DNA of 64,000 nt. Origin: a virus. Lineage: Duplodnaviria; Caudoviricetes. Both the position numbers and the translations under genes were made by a program. Of the stretch, positions 39,385 to 47,814 are shown piece by piece. Numbering within the stretch: the first letter of the stretch is position 1; every line of letters begins with the position of its first letter. The DNA is taken from positions 1,676 through 65,675 of IMG/VR virus record IMGVR_UViG_3300027816_000103; one strand, written 5' to 3'. Below the pieces are notes generated by a model that was given only the letters and a program-made list of their open reading frames with translations, was not told the origin of the DNA and made no database searches.

Positions 39385-39585
39385 ATGGAAAAAATAGAAA
39401 TTAACAAATTAGAACTTGCTTCTGAACTTGCACACGAAAAATTAATGAATGAATGGAGTAATTCTATAAAAATTTATGAAAATGAAACTGATAGTGTAAC
39501 AAATTACACAGAAGAAGCACAAGAAATATTTAATCAATTCTATGATGAATATTTAATATTAATAGAGTCTTGCAAAACAAATTAA
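39385..39585 (+). CDS. Small acidic early protein
   Basis: 66 aa, Glu-rich. Confidence 0.6.
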   Translation: MEKIEINKLELASELAHEKLMNEWSNSIKIYENETDSVTNYTEEAQEIFNQFYDEYLILIESCKTN

Positions 39586-39609
39586 CAAACAATTTAAAAT
39601 AACAACATA

Positions 39610-40053
39610 ATGAAAAATATTAAAGAGTATAAAATTACTCCTGTAAAAAATGATATAAAAATACCGAAAGAAACTATAAAAGATAGCATATCTGCATACA
39701 ATGTTATAAGACAATTTTGGAATGAAGATATTGAAGTTTATGAATCTGTATTTATATTGTTAACTAATAGAAGAAATAATACAATAGGGTGGGCAAAAAT
39801 TAGTCAGGGAGGAATATCAAGTTCAATAATAGATATAAAAATTGTATGTAAATATGTAGTTGATAGCTTTGCATCTGGAGTAATTTTAGCACACAACCAC
39901 CCTACAGGAAACTTAAATCCTAGCGAAAGTGATATAAAAATAACCAAACAAGTAAAAGAAGCAATAAAAGTTTTTGATTGTGAATTAATAGATCACCTTA
40001 TAATAACACCAGAAAACAATTATTTCTCTTTTGCTGATGAAAGAGTAATATAA
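39610..40053 (+). CDS. RadC-like JAB/MPN metalloprotease domain protein
   Basis: ILAHNHPTGNLNPSESD and LIDHLII. Confidence 0.9.
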   Translation: MKNIKEYKITPVKNDIKIPKETIKDSISAYNVIRQFWNEDIEVYESVFILLTNRRNNTIGWAKISQGGISSSIIDIKIVCKYVVDSFASGVILAHNHPTGNLNPSESDIKITKQVKEAIKVFDCELIDHLIITPENNYFSFADERVI

Positions 40054-40075
40054 ACAATAAATAAAAAATAAATCT

Positions 40076-40333
40076 ATGAAAAACAAAAATCAAAAATCAA
40101 CTAATGTTTATGAAATAAACACAACTGCATGGGATGAAGAAAATTTTTACTTGCTAACTACCCTTACAGAAAAACAAGTTATAAAAGTAATTAAACCTAT
40201 TGTCAGTAAGGAAAGAAGAAGTAATTCAGATGAATATTTTTATGACAATGAAACACTAGTTAGTACTTTAATTGAAAAATATCCTGATGAAGTGGTAGAA
40301 TTTTATCAATCATTTGAAACAATAACAATTTAA
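40076..40333 (+). CDS. Hypothetical early protein
   Basis: 85 aa. Confidence 0.6.
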   Translation: MKNKNQKSTNVYEINTTAWDEENFYLLTTLTEKQVIKVIKPIVSKERRSNSDEYFYDNETLVSTLIEKYPDEVVEFYQSFETITI

Positions 40334-40346
40334 AAAATTAAACAAA

Positions 40347-40553
40347 ATGTATAAAACAAAATGCAACATGGAAAAAGAAAAAGCAATTGAAAGGATCGAA
40401 GAGATCCGACACGAAATAATTAACCAACGAGTTAGTTATGGTGAGTTACTAGAATTGTATGAGCTAAGAGAGTTTGTAGATATAAACGACCTTGAACTTA
40501 TGCAATGGATATATGATGAGGAAGAGTACAATGCTTTAAATAATAACCAATAA
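40347..40553 (+). CDS. Small acidic early protein
   Basis: 68 aa. Confidence 0.6.
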   Translation: MYKTKCNMEKEKAIERIEEIRHEIINQRVSYGELLELYELREFVDINDLELMQWIYDEEEYNALNNNQ

Positions 40554-40563
40554 AAACAAACCT

Positions 40564-40806
40564 ATGGAAAACACAGAAATCAAAATTGAAAAAAATGTAC
40601 CTATTCCAGACAATAAAAAGAAAGGTAGAAAAACCATGTACCCATTCCATGTAATGAATGTAGGAGATAGCTTCTTTGTAGATGATATGCTTCCCCGCTC
40701 ATTGTACCAAACATCAAGAACTTTTGCTAACAGAAATTCTTTAGATTGGAAATTTAAAGCATCTAAAGAAGGGGAAAACGGAACAAGGATATGGAGAATA
40801 AAATAA
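40564..40806 (+). CDS. Small putative DNA-binding phage protein
   Basis: IKIEKNVPIP...YPF..MNVGDSF...RIWRIK, a pattern common in phages. Confidence 0.65.
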   Translation: MENTEIKIEKNVPIPDNKKKGRKTMYPFHVMNVGDSFFVDDMLPRSLYQTSRTFANRNSLDWKFKASKEGENGTRIWRIK

Positions 40807-40935
40807 GCAAAAGAGAAATTTTAGTACAGGAACTAGAATTTCTCAAAATAGAAAAGAAAAAATGTACTCTAAATTCTGATAGATACAAATTCATACAGGC
40901 AGTAATAAATTACATAATTACAGAGATAAACTACT

Positions 40936-41244
40936 ATGGTGACAAAAATAAAGGTTACAGGGAATAAAACTATCCTGACAGAATGTAATAAAACAGAGCT
41001 GTCAAACCTCAAACAGAGAATAGAATTTATGAAACGATCTTATGAGGAAATAGATAAGCTGATAGGCTATATACAGGAATATCCAGATATGCCTATAGAT
41101 AAACTGATGAGAATATCTACAGGAAACTCCCCACGAATATACCGGAACACGAAAAAAGAAAAAGTTTACATTTATAAAAACATAAAAGTATATGAAAAAA
41201 CAAGAGAAAGAAAAACAAGAAAAAAACTCAGTCAAGATAACTGA
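40936..41244 (+). CDS. Hypothetical basic protein
   Basis: 102 aa. Confidence 0.5.
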   Translation: MVTKIKVTGNKTILTECNKTELSNLKQRIEFMKRSYEEIDKLIGYIQEYPDMPIDKLMRISTGNSPRIYRNTKKEKVYIYKNIKVYEKTRERKTRKKLSQDN

Positions 41245-41422
41245 GATATTATCTGAGGAAGAAATTAATACCCTCAAGAAATACTACGATTGCAACCAAT
41301 GGAACGAAGCAAGAAGGTACTTAAACGAGGAGGACAGAAAGAAACAACTACATGACAAAGGAATATTGGCTGACTACCTATTCTACTACCTGTTCTACAT
41401 TTTTTCGGACAACAAACAATAA
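41192..41422 (+). CDS. Hypothetical protein
   Basis: 76 aa. Confidence 0.5.
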   Translation: MKKQEKEKQEKNSVKITEILSEEEINTLKKYYDCNQWNEARRYLNEEDRKKQLHDKGILADYLFYYLFYIFSDNKQ

Positions 41423-41475
41423 ATGAACTAATTAATAGAAAAATCAAATAATAGAAAACTTTAAGAAAAAATAAA

Positions 41476-41542
41476 TACTTTTGCTATTGCGCGCAAAAAT
41501 AGGTGGGGGAAGTTTTATGTGTGTTTACTTCCTCCACTTTTT
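41476..41542 (+). ncRNA. Candidate ~55-nt sRNA or attenuator (promoter box plus terminator hairpin)
   Basis: TACTTTTG at 41476-41483; stem GTGGGGGAAGT/ACTTCCTCCAC with loop TTTATGTGTGTTT, then TTTTT. Confidence 0.45.
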
Positions 41543-41563
41543 AAAACAAACACAAAATATTAA

Positions 41564-41854
41564 ATGAACAAATTTTTAAACAACATGAATACAGAAAAAA
41601 TAACTCACAGAAAAATCTTTGAATTCTATCCTGGACTGATGCTGATAAAAACAGCTCCAAAAGAAATAAGAAGAATAAGAGAATTCATAATTGAAAAAGA
41701 CAATAAACTTTTTTTAATGGATGAATCATTTGAATTCTACGATACAGGGGAAATTGAATTCTGGCAAATAGTAAGCAACAAAGGATATACAAACCTAGAC
41801 CACCTATGCCAAGATATTCTAATGAAAAAACAATTACTAATAGGTCTTAATTGA
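41564..41854 (+). CDS. Hypothetical protein
   Basis: 96 aa; KIFEFYPGL resembles KIYEVYPFL of the next ORF. Confidence 0.6.
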   Translation: MNKFLNNMNTEKITHRKIFEFYPGLMLIKTAPKEIRRIREFIIEKDNKLFLMDESFEFYDTGEIEFWQIVSNKGYTNLDHLCQDILMKKQLLIGLN

Positions 41855-42144
41855 TAAGGGCAACAAAAATATACGAAGTTTACCCCTTTCTTTTGGATGA
41901 GCAGATGGGCACTCCAGAAGAAATTAAAAAACTATCGTATAAGGAAAGGAAAAAGATGAAAGAATATGTTGAATATATTGTACTAACTGAACATTCAAAA
42001 GTCTCATTATTTACGGAAATACCATTCGTGAACGAGGAAGGAGAACTAGATTGTATGTACATAATATTTGATGAATTTAATAGCATAGATGAACTGTTAG
42101 ATGGAAATAGATTGAAAAACATATCTTTAGTTTCACTTAATTAA
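41851..42144 (+). CDS. Hypothetical protein, probable diverged paralog of 41564..41854
   Basis: Similar length, N-terminal motif and C-terminal LN. Confidence 0.55.
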   Translation: MIRATKIYEVYPFLLDEQMGTPEEIKKLSYKERKKMKEYVEYIVLTEHSKVSLFTEIPFVNEEGELDCMYIIFDEFNSIDELLDGNRLKNISLVSLN

Positions 42145-42224
42145 TTCCTTAAAAAAACCTAAAAAATTAAACTATTAGAAAAAATTTCGATATTTGCAAG
42201 TATTAATTAAAAAACAAATAAAAA

Positions 42225-42395
42225 ATGAAAGCAAAAAAATCAGGCGCTAAAATGCCAGGTGCAGGAATGGCGAAGAAAGTAACCATGAAAGCAAGCAAAG
42301 GAAGTATTAAGCCTTCCGCTAAGAAAATGACAATGAAAATGGGAACTGCTAAAAAGGCTTCCGCTAAATTGTCATACGGAAAAAAGATGAAATAA
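42225..42395 (+). CDS. Lys/Ala/Met-rich histone-H1-like microprotein (56 aa)
   Basis: Hand translation MKAKKSGAKMPGAGMAKKVTMKASKGSIKPSAKKMTMKMGTAKKASAKLSYGKKMK. Confidence 0.7.
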   Translation: MKAKKSGAKMPGAGMAKKVTMKASKGSIKPSAKKMTMKMGTAKKASAKLSYGKKMK

Positions 42396-42398
42396 TTT

Positions 42399-42587
42399 AT
42401 GAAAAAATCATCTAAGCATCCAGGCTTCAAAGCTGTTCAAAAGAAAATTGCATCTAAGCAAGGAATATCTATGGACAGAGCAGGAGCTATCTTAGCAGCA
42501 GGGGCGAGAAAAGCATCTCCCTCCGCTATCAAAAAAAATCCAAGTCTGAAAAAAGTATCAGGCGTGGTAAAGAAAAAATCCAAATAA
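42399..42587 (+). CDS. Small basic phage protein
   Basis: HPGFKAVQKKIA...AGAILAAGARKAS...NPSLKKV. Confidence 0.75.
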   Translation: MKKSSKHPGFKAVQKKIASKQGISMDRAGAILAAGARKASPSAIKKNPSLKKVSGVVKKKSK

Positions 42588-42591
42588 ATAA

Positions 42592-42626
42592 AAATCCCCT
42601 TGCCAATTCTTAGGCGAGGGGAATTT
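42592..42626 (+). terminator. Hairpin/terminator after the basic microproteins
   Basis: TCCCCTTGCC-loop-GGCGAGGGGA. Confidence 0.55.
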
Positions 42627-42644
42627 AAAAAAATCAACTACAGA

Positions 42645-42860
42645 ATGGACATACCCTCAGAATTGAACGAGATTCATCAGTCACTTTTTTATAAAAACGA
42701 TAGACTGAGAGTATTGGAATTAAAGAAATTCCTTACAGAAAATTGTTACCTGCCGGAAACAATAGCGCAATTAGAAAAGTCAAAAATAGCCAAGCAATTA
42801 GCCGAACAATTACCATTATTAACCCTTAAAGAACTATTAAAAAAACATGGAATCAAGTGA
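42645..42860 (+). CDS. Hypothetical protein (start re-called to MDIPSEL)
   Basis: The track start lies inside the hairpin. Confidence 0.5.
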   Translation: MDIPSELNEIHQSLFYKNDRLRVLELKKFLTENCYLPETIAQLEKSKIAKQLAEQLPLLTLKELLKKHGIK

Positions 42861-43359
42861 ACATGAAGAAGTTTTAATTAAACACAGGATATTTTTATCC
42901 CTAATAGCAGTATCAACCCACCTAAGAGCTGACTATACTCCAAAGGCACTCAAACTATTTAAAGATGAACTTAATGTAGTGTATGAGGAAACTAGGAAAA
43001 AACTTGATGAGGAACTTGTAGATCAAGAACCTTTAATCAGAAAAAAGGCTTTCTCCCGCGCACAACATAAGTTAATCGACAAACCTTTCAGCGAGAAATA
43101 TAAGGCTGAACAAAAGATAAATAGAGTATTAACGGAAGTTATAGACCAGACAATAGCTGATGGGAATACAATCCTGCTTACACAAGTAATACAGGAACTA
43201 TGTAGGGCAAAAGACCTCAGAGATGTAGTAACATTAATGATAATGTACAACAAAGGAAATTTTGATGAAATATTTAAAAAAATAAAAGAAAATGAAAATT
43301 CTAAAATCATTACTAATAATATGCCTATCACTAATATTAGTGGTACTAATAATGCTTGA
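42847..43359 (+). CDS. Hypothetical protein
   Basis: 170 aa, helical. Confidence 0.6.
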   Translation: MESSEHEEVLIKHRIFLSLIAVSTHLRADYTPKALKLFKDELNVVYEETRKKLDEELVDQEPLIRKKAFSRAQHKLIDKPFSEKYKAEQKINRVLTEVIDQTIADGNTILLTQVIQELCRAKDLRDVVTLMIMYNKGNFDEIFKKIKENENSKIITNNMPITNISGTNNA

Positions 43360-43480
43360 TGGTTGGCAAAGGTTTAATTATGTAGCCATTCTATCTTTGA
43401 TTCTTGCAATAATATTTTGTATGGTACTTGCATACGAACTATTTGAGACAGAGAAAGATATATACGATAAAGAAGATTAG
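43292..43480 (+). CDS. Small two-TM membrane protein
   Basis: Two hydrophobic helices. Confidence 0.5.
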   Translation: MKILKSLLIICLSLILVVLIMLDGWQRFNYVAILSLILAIIFCMVLAYELFETEKDIYDKED

Positions 43481-43482
43481 CT

Positions 43483-43902
43483 ATGTTCAAACCCCACTTT
43501 GCAGAATGTATTTCCTGCCGAGAGAATAAACTGTTGGTAGTCAAGAAGTTGCTTTGCGAAAAATGTAATATGAAGTTAAAGTCTGGGAGAAAAAAACCAA
43601 ACATAAAAACTAAAAGAAAAAGAACAGGAGAAGGAGAACTATTTTTAAAGATATGGAACGAAAGACCACATATTTGTAAAGTATGTTCTAAGTACCTAAC
43701 AGATCCTCCAAAGACTTATTACTTCATGCACATTGTACCAAAGGGAAGACTACCGGAAGCAAGACTTGATGAGGAAAATATATGGCTAGGATGCTTTGAG
43801 TGTCATCAAGTATATGACAGAGGACTTCCACAAAACAATCCGCTATTTAACAAAATACTCAAGAAAAAGGAAGAGATAGAAATTAAGTACAATGCAAAAT
43901 AA
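43483..43902 (+). CDS. HNH-type Zn nuclease
   Basis: CxxC pairs; FMHIVPKG...ENIWLGCFECH. Confidence 0.7.
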   Translation: MFKPHFAECISCRENKLLVVKKLLCEKCNMKLKSGRKKPNIKTKRKRTGEGELFLKIWNERPHICKVCSKYLTDPPKTYYFMHIVPKGRLPEARLDEENIWLGCFECHQVYDRGLPQNNPLFNKILKKKEEIEIKYNAK

Positions 43903-43979
43903 CTAAATTAGCATATATGAAAAAGAATAAATTAGGAGTAGAAAATTCACTCTGGAACAATATCAGAAAAAAAGCAGAG

Positions 43980-44066
43980 ATGAATAAAAAATCAGGAGCT
44001 AAACCTAAAAAGCCAACTAAGGCTATGATAAAACAAGAAAGAAAAATCAAATCTAAAACAAAATAA
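43980..44066 (+). CDS. Lys-rich micropeptide (28 aa)
   Basis: Hand translation MNKKSGAKPKKPTKAMIKQERKIKSKTK; shares KKSGAK with 42225. Confidence 0.45.
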   Translation: MNKKSGAKPKKPTKAMIKQERKIKSKTK

Positions 44067-44122
44067 AAATGAAAAAGAAAGGTAAAAAATCAAAAGGATG
44101 TAAATAATTAAAATCAAAAAAC

Positions 44123-44386
44123 ATGGCAAAAGCACAACCCTCTCAGGGAAAACGATTCGTTAAAATCGTAAAGAACTCTGCTACCGGCAGGACAAAGAAA
44201 GTGTCTTACGGACAGGCAGGAAAAGCAAAAGATGGAGGAGACAGGATAAGACCTGGAACAAGTAAAGGTGATTCCTATTGCGCTCGTTCACTTAAAATAA
44301 AAGGAGATTGGAAAAGTGATCCAAATAGTCCTAATAACCTTTCCCGCAAAAAGTGGAAATGTAAAGGAAGTAAATCAATGAAATAA
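44123..44386 (+). CDS. Small basic phage protein (DUF6321-like)
   Basis: KKVSYGQAG...RPGTSKGDSYCARS...PNNLSRKKWKC. Confidence 0.7.
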   Translation: MAKAQPSQGKRFVKIVKNSATGRTKKVSYGQAGKAKDGGDRIRPGTSKGDSYCARSLKIKGDWKSDPNSPNNLSRKKWKCKGSKSMK

Positions 44387-44598
44387 TGAAAGCTACATTA
44401 GAGTTTGATATTAATGATTTTGATGATAGAATGGCTCATTACAGATGTGTAAAAGCATTAGACATGGCTATCGTACTTTGGGAAATAAAAGTTAATATAC
44501 TAAATCCAAAGCACGAATTAACATCAGAAGAAATTGCTGACAAGATAAATGAATTGTATCATCAGCACAATATAGACATAGACCAAATAATAACTTAA
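44386..44598 (+). CDS. Hypothetical phage protein
   Basis: MKATLEFD...CVKALDMA. Confidence 0.65.
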   Translation: MKATLEFDINDFDDRMAHYRCVKALDMAIVLWEIKVNILNPKHELTSEEIADKINELYHQHNIDIDQIIT

Positions 44599-44718
44599 AA
44601 AAAACAACAAAATGATTACAGCAACAACAAACATGATGTACTATCAATGGTGGGATAACTTTAATTGGTCCCTATACCATAGACTTCTTGAAATTAGAAT
44701 GGAGAAGGAGTTTAGAAG

Positions 44719-45186
44719 ATGATTGATGAGACTATTATTGAGGCAGAATGTACTGAAACAGGTTTCAACATTCTCTCCCTCCACGAAGAACTATTGTTCT
44801 GTGGAGCAAACATTGGAAAGAAAGTCCTACTTTCCGCTAAATTAGCTTCTGATGTATCTGAAAAGGATAAACTATTTGCTTACTACTATAAAGTTATTCT
44901 TCCCCGCGCCATAGTTGGATATTCCGATGCAGGATATGAGGGAATGGATAAAGTGTCTGCCGACTATATGCTATCAGCAGAATTGTTAAAAGGATATGTA
45001 AGAGACCCTGATGGTAAATACATTCCAACAGTAATATCTAAATCAACAATTACAAAAGATAAGTTACATAAGTTTGTCACAGACTGCATACATATAATTG
45101 AAAGCAGATTCGGTATTCCTGTACCAGATGCAACAGAGTATCTTGAAAGCATAAGGACAAATCGTAAGTTAAAAAAGGCTAAATAA
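44719..45186 (+). CDS. NinB/Orf-like recombination accessory protein
   Basis: AYYYKVIL and STITKDKLHKFVTDCIHIIESRFGIPVPD resemble the NinB family. Confidence 0.5.
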   Translation: MIDETIIEAECTETGFNILSLHEELLFCGANIGKKVLLSAKLASDVSEKDKLFAYYYKVILPRAIVGYSDAGYEGMDKVSADYMLSAELLKGYVRDPDGKYIPTVISKSTITKDKLHKFVTDCIHIIESRFGIPVPDATEYLESIRTNRKLKKAK

Positions 45187-45222
45187 AAATAAGAGTATAG
45201 CTATAAATTAACCAAAAGAGGT

Positions 45223-45230
45223 TATCTTTG
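45223..45230 (+). promoter_or_regulatory. -7 promoter box TATCTTTG for the replication/recombination operon
   Basis: TTAACC-N9-TATCTTTG before ATG 45254. Confidence 0.6.
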
Positions 45231-45253
45231 TAACCCTTTTAATACAAAACAAT

Positions 45254-46273
45254 ATGAGTAATGTTAAATTTACAAACAAGTTAAACCTGCCTGAGCCTTT
45301 AGTAAATGCCTTGCAGTATGATTCTCACAGGATGATGGGTCATGTTTCTGTAACACAACTAATTGAGCCTCCCCGCATCAGAGTTCTTAAAAAGTTTATT
45401 GAGAAAGAAGAAGATGTAACCGACAGAATGTGGATGCTATGGGGTAGTGCAATACACAATATCCTTGAGAAGTCAAACATGAGCGGGAAGAATAAAGATG
45501 CTATAAGAACTGTAGCAAACCTATTCAAGTCAAAGTCTCAAGCTCAAGATGATACCTATGATAGAGTAGCCAACTATTTAAAGTCTGAGGAAGAGAAGTT
45601 GGTATTTGACCCAAACGAAAGATACATCATTGAAAAGACATTTGTTGCCCCTATAGAAGGATGGGACTTATGCGGAACAGTTGACCTTTATGATAAGGAG
45701 AAGCAGATTATCCAGGATTGGAAGCTATGTAAAACGTACAAATGGACTTCTGCTGAATCTCGTAAACAATGGATAAAGCAATTAAATGTATATGCTTGGC
45801 TACTTGAAAAGAATGGTTTCCCTGTCAAAGGTTTACAGATTGTACCATTTTTTAGAGATTGGACTGCTTTAACACATAAATACAAGTCTCAAAGAGGACA
45901 AGACTATCCTGATACAGAGGTAGCAATAATTGATATTCCTCTAAAACCATTAGACCAGATTGAAGCATACGTTAAAAGCTGTATCAAAGATCATCAAAGA
46001 GCAGAAGATGGAGAGGTTAGAGATTGTACCGGAGAAGAGAGGTGGGCAGAAGCTGATGTATATGCAGTAATGGTTGAAGGAGGCTCAAGAGCTAAATTCA
46101 AATTTGCAACATACGAACAAGCACAAAACTATATAGAAGAGTTTGGATATAAATTCGTTAAGCCATTGTATGTTCAACATAGACCAGGCAAGTCTAAAAG
46201 ATGCGAGGAGTATTGTCCTGTCTTTGAACAATGCCCACAGATTAAAAAAATAGTACCAACAATTTTAGATTAA
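45254..46273 (+). CDS. PD-(D/E)XK (Cas4/RecB-like) exonuclease
   Basis: SVTQL, WGSAIH, GTVDL, IQDWK, QLNVY and C-terminal Cys residues. Confidence 0.8.
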   Translation: MSNVKFTNKLNLPEPLVNALQYDSHRMMGHVSVTQLIEPPRIRVLKKFIEKEEDVTDRMWMLWGSAIHNILEKSNMSGKNKDAIRTVANLFKSKSQAQDDTYDRVANYLKSEEEKLVFDPNERYIIEKTFVAPIEGWDLCGTVDLYDKEKQIIQDWKLCKTYKWTSAESRKQWIKQLNVYAWLLEKNGFPVKGLQIVPFFRDWTALTHKYKSQRGQDYPDTEVAIIDIPLKPLDQIEAYVKSCIKDHQRAEDGEVRDCTGEERWAEADVYAVMVEGGSRAKFKFATYEQAQNYIEEFGYKFVKPLYVQHRPGKSKRCEEYCPVFEQCPQIKKIVPTILD

Positions 46274-46276
46274 AGA

Positions 46277-47572
46277 ATGGACTTAAAATTTCAACACATC
46301 GATATTCACAACTTTAAGAATATCGAACAGAGGACTGTCGACATAAATGGTCGCAGCTTCTTGATAATGGGTAAGAATGGCTCTGGTAAATCTTCATTTA
46401 TTCAAGCACTACTTTCCCCGCTTGACACCAAGGTTATTGCTTCTATGCCTGTTAAAGATGGCGAGGAACAAGCAAAGATTGAGGTTGTATTGTCAGGAGA
46501 TGTTAATGGTAAAAGGACCAAGTACAGCCTTGAAATGTATTTTAGTGCCAAGACTAACAAAGGCAGGTTAGTTGTATATAACGAAACAGGAGAGAAGATA
46601 AGCGCCCCAAGTACATTTGTTAAATCTTTAATAGGTGATATATCTTTTGACATAATGGAGTTTGTTAATGCTCCTAAAAGTCATAAGATTAATACTCTAA
46701 GAATGCTATCTGGAAAGGACAGAGAGATAACTTTGATTGAAAGAGAGATTAAAGAAGTTAAGGATGGATTGCAATACCTTAAAAAAAGAGAGAAAGAACT
46801 TAATGCTTTTGTGGAAGAGCATGATCTTTCGCAGGAAGTAATTAAAAAGTATGAGCAACCTATCAATGTAAGTGATATTCATAAAAAGTTAGAGGAATTC
46901 AATAAAGTTGCTTTAAACTACTCAAAAATCAAAGATGGTGTTTCCTCAAGAAAGATGGAAGTTAACCTGTTTAAATCAAAAATAAATGATTTAGAGGTAA
47001 GGATGAGAGAGATGCAGAATGAGATTAACAATATGAATGAAGCAATTTCTCTCAAACTTGCTGAGATTAATAAAGGGGAGGAGTGGTTAGAAAATAATCA
47101 AATGCCTGATTTAACATCAATCCACAATGAATTAAACTTTGCCATAGAACATAATTCAGAGCATGATAAGATTAAGTCAGTTTACTCAAAGCATAAAGAA
47201 ATGGTTGAAACACAGAACAATATATCAACCAACGAAGCAATACTTAAAAAGATTGTAGCAGACAGAGACAATTTAATTAAGAAGTCTAAATTGCCTGTTA
47301 AGGGATTGACATGGACTGATGATGAAGTTTATATCAATGGACTTCCTCTTGAGTCTGAGCAGATTAATAAGTCAACTTTGTTTGAGATAGGAGCTGATAT
47401 ATCTATGGCTCTTAATCCTAATCTAAAAGTAATCTTCCTGCACGATGGCTCTCTATTCGACAAAGAACATTTAAAGGCAGTTGTTAAAAAGGTTGAGGAG
47501 AAAGGCTACCAATGTATAATTGAATACGTTGCCGAGAATCCAGAGTTTGAAATACAATTTTTAGAAAAATAA
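46277..47572 (+). CDS. SMC/SbcC-like ABC ATPase
   Basis: IHNFKNI, Walker A GKNGSGKSS, coiled coil, IFLHDGSLFD. Confidence 0.8.
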   Translation: MDLKFQHIDIHNFKNIEQRTVDINGRSFLIMGKNGSGKSSFIQALLSPLDTKVIASMPVKDGEEQAKIEVVLSGDVNGKRTKYSLEMYFSAKTNKGRLVVYNETGEKISAPSTFVKSLIGDISFDIMEFVNAPKSHKINTLRMLSGKDREITLIEREIKEVKDGLQYLKKREKELNAFVEEHDLSQEVIKKYEQPINVSDIHKKLEEFNKVALNYSKIKDGVSSRKMEVNLFKSKINDLEVRMREMQNEINNMNEAISLKLAEINKGEEWLENNQMPDLTSIHNELNFAIEHNSEHDKIKSVYSKHKEMVETQNNISTNEAILKKIVADRDNLIKKSKLPVKGLTWTDDEVYINGLPLESEQINKSTLFEIGADISMALNPNLKVIFLHDGSLFDKEHLKAVVKKVEEKGYQCIIEYVAENPEFEIQFLEK

Positions 47573-47574
47573 AT

Positions 47575-47814
47575 ATGAAAAGAAAAGAAGGAATAGATAC
47601 AATGATTTTTGATATTACACCAAAAGAATTTGCAAAAGACTTATTTAACAGATTCTATGGTATAAATGGAGTTGGATATTATCAGGCTAAAACCTGCGCT
47701 CTCATGGCAGTAGATTTATTAATTGAAGAACTAGACCCTAAGTCTGAAACTGAAATATTCATACCTAAAATTGACCTATACGAAGCAGCTAAAAAACAAC
47801 TTCTTAAAATATGA
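47575..47814 (+). CDS. Hypothetical phage protein
   Basis: TPKEFAKDL...AKTCALMAVD. Confidence 0.65.
   Translation: MKRKEGIDTMIFDITPKEFAKDLFNRFYGINGVGYYQAKTCALMAVDLLIEELDPKSETEIFIPKIDLYEAAKKQLLKI

Noticed and set aside
42203-42637. Minus-strand ORFs 42203..42430 and 42437..42637
   Set aside because: They are shadows of the + strand Lys-rich microprotein genes.
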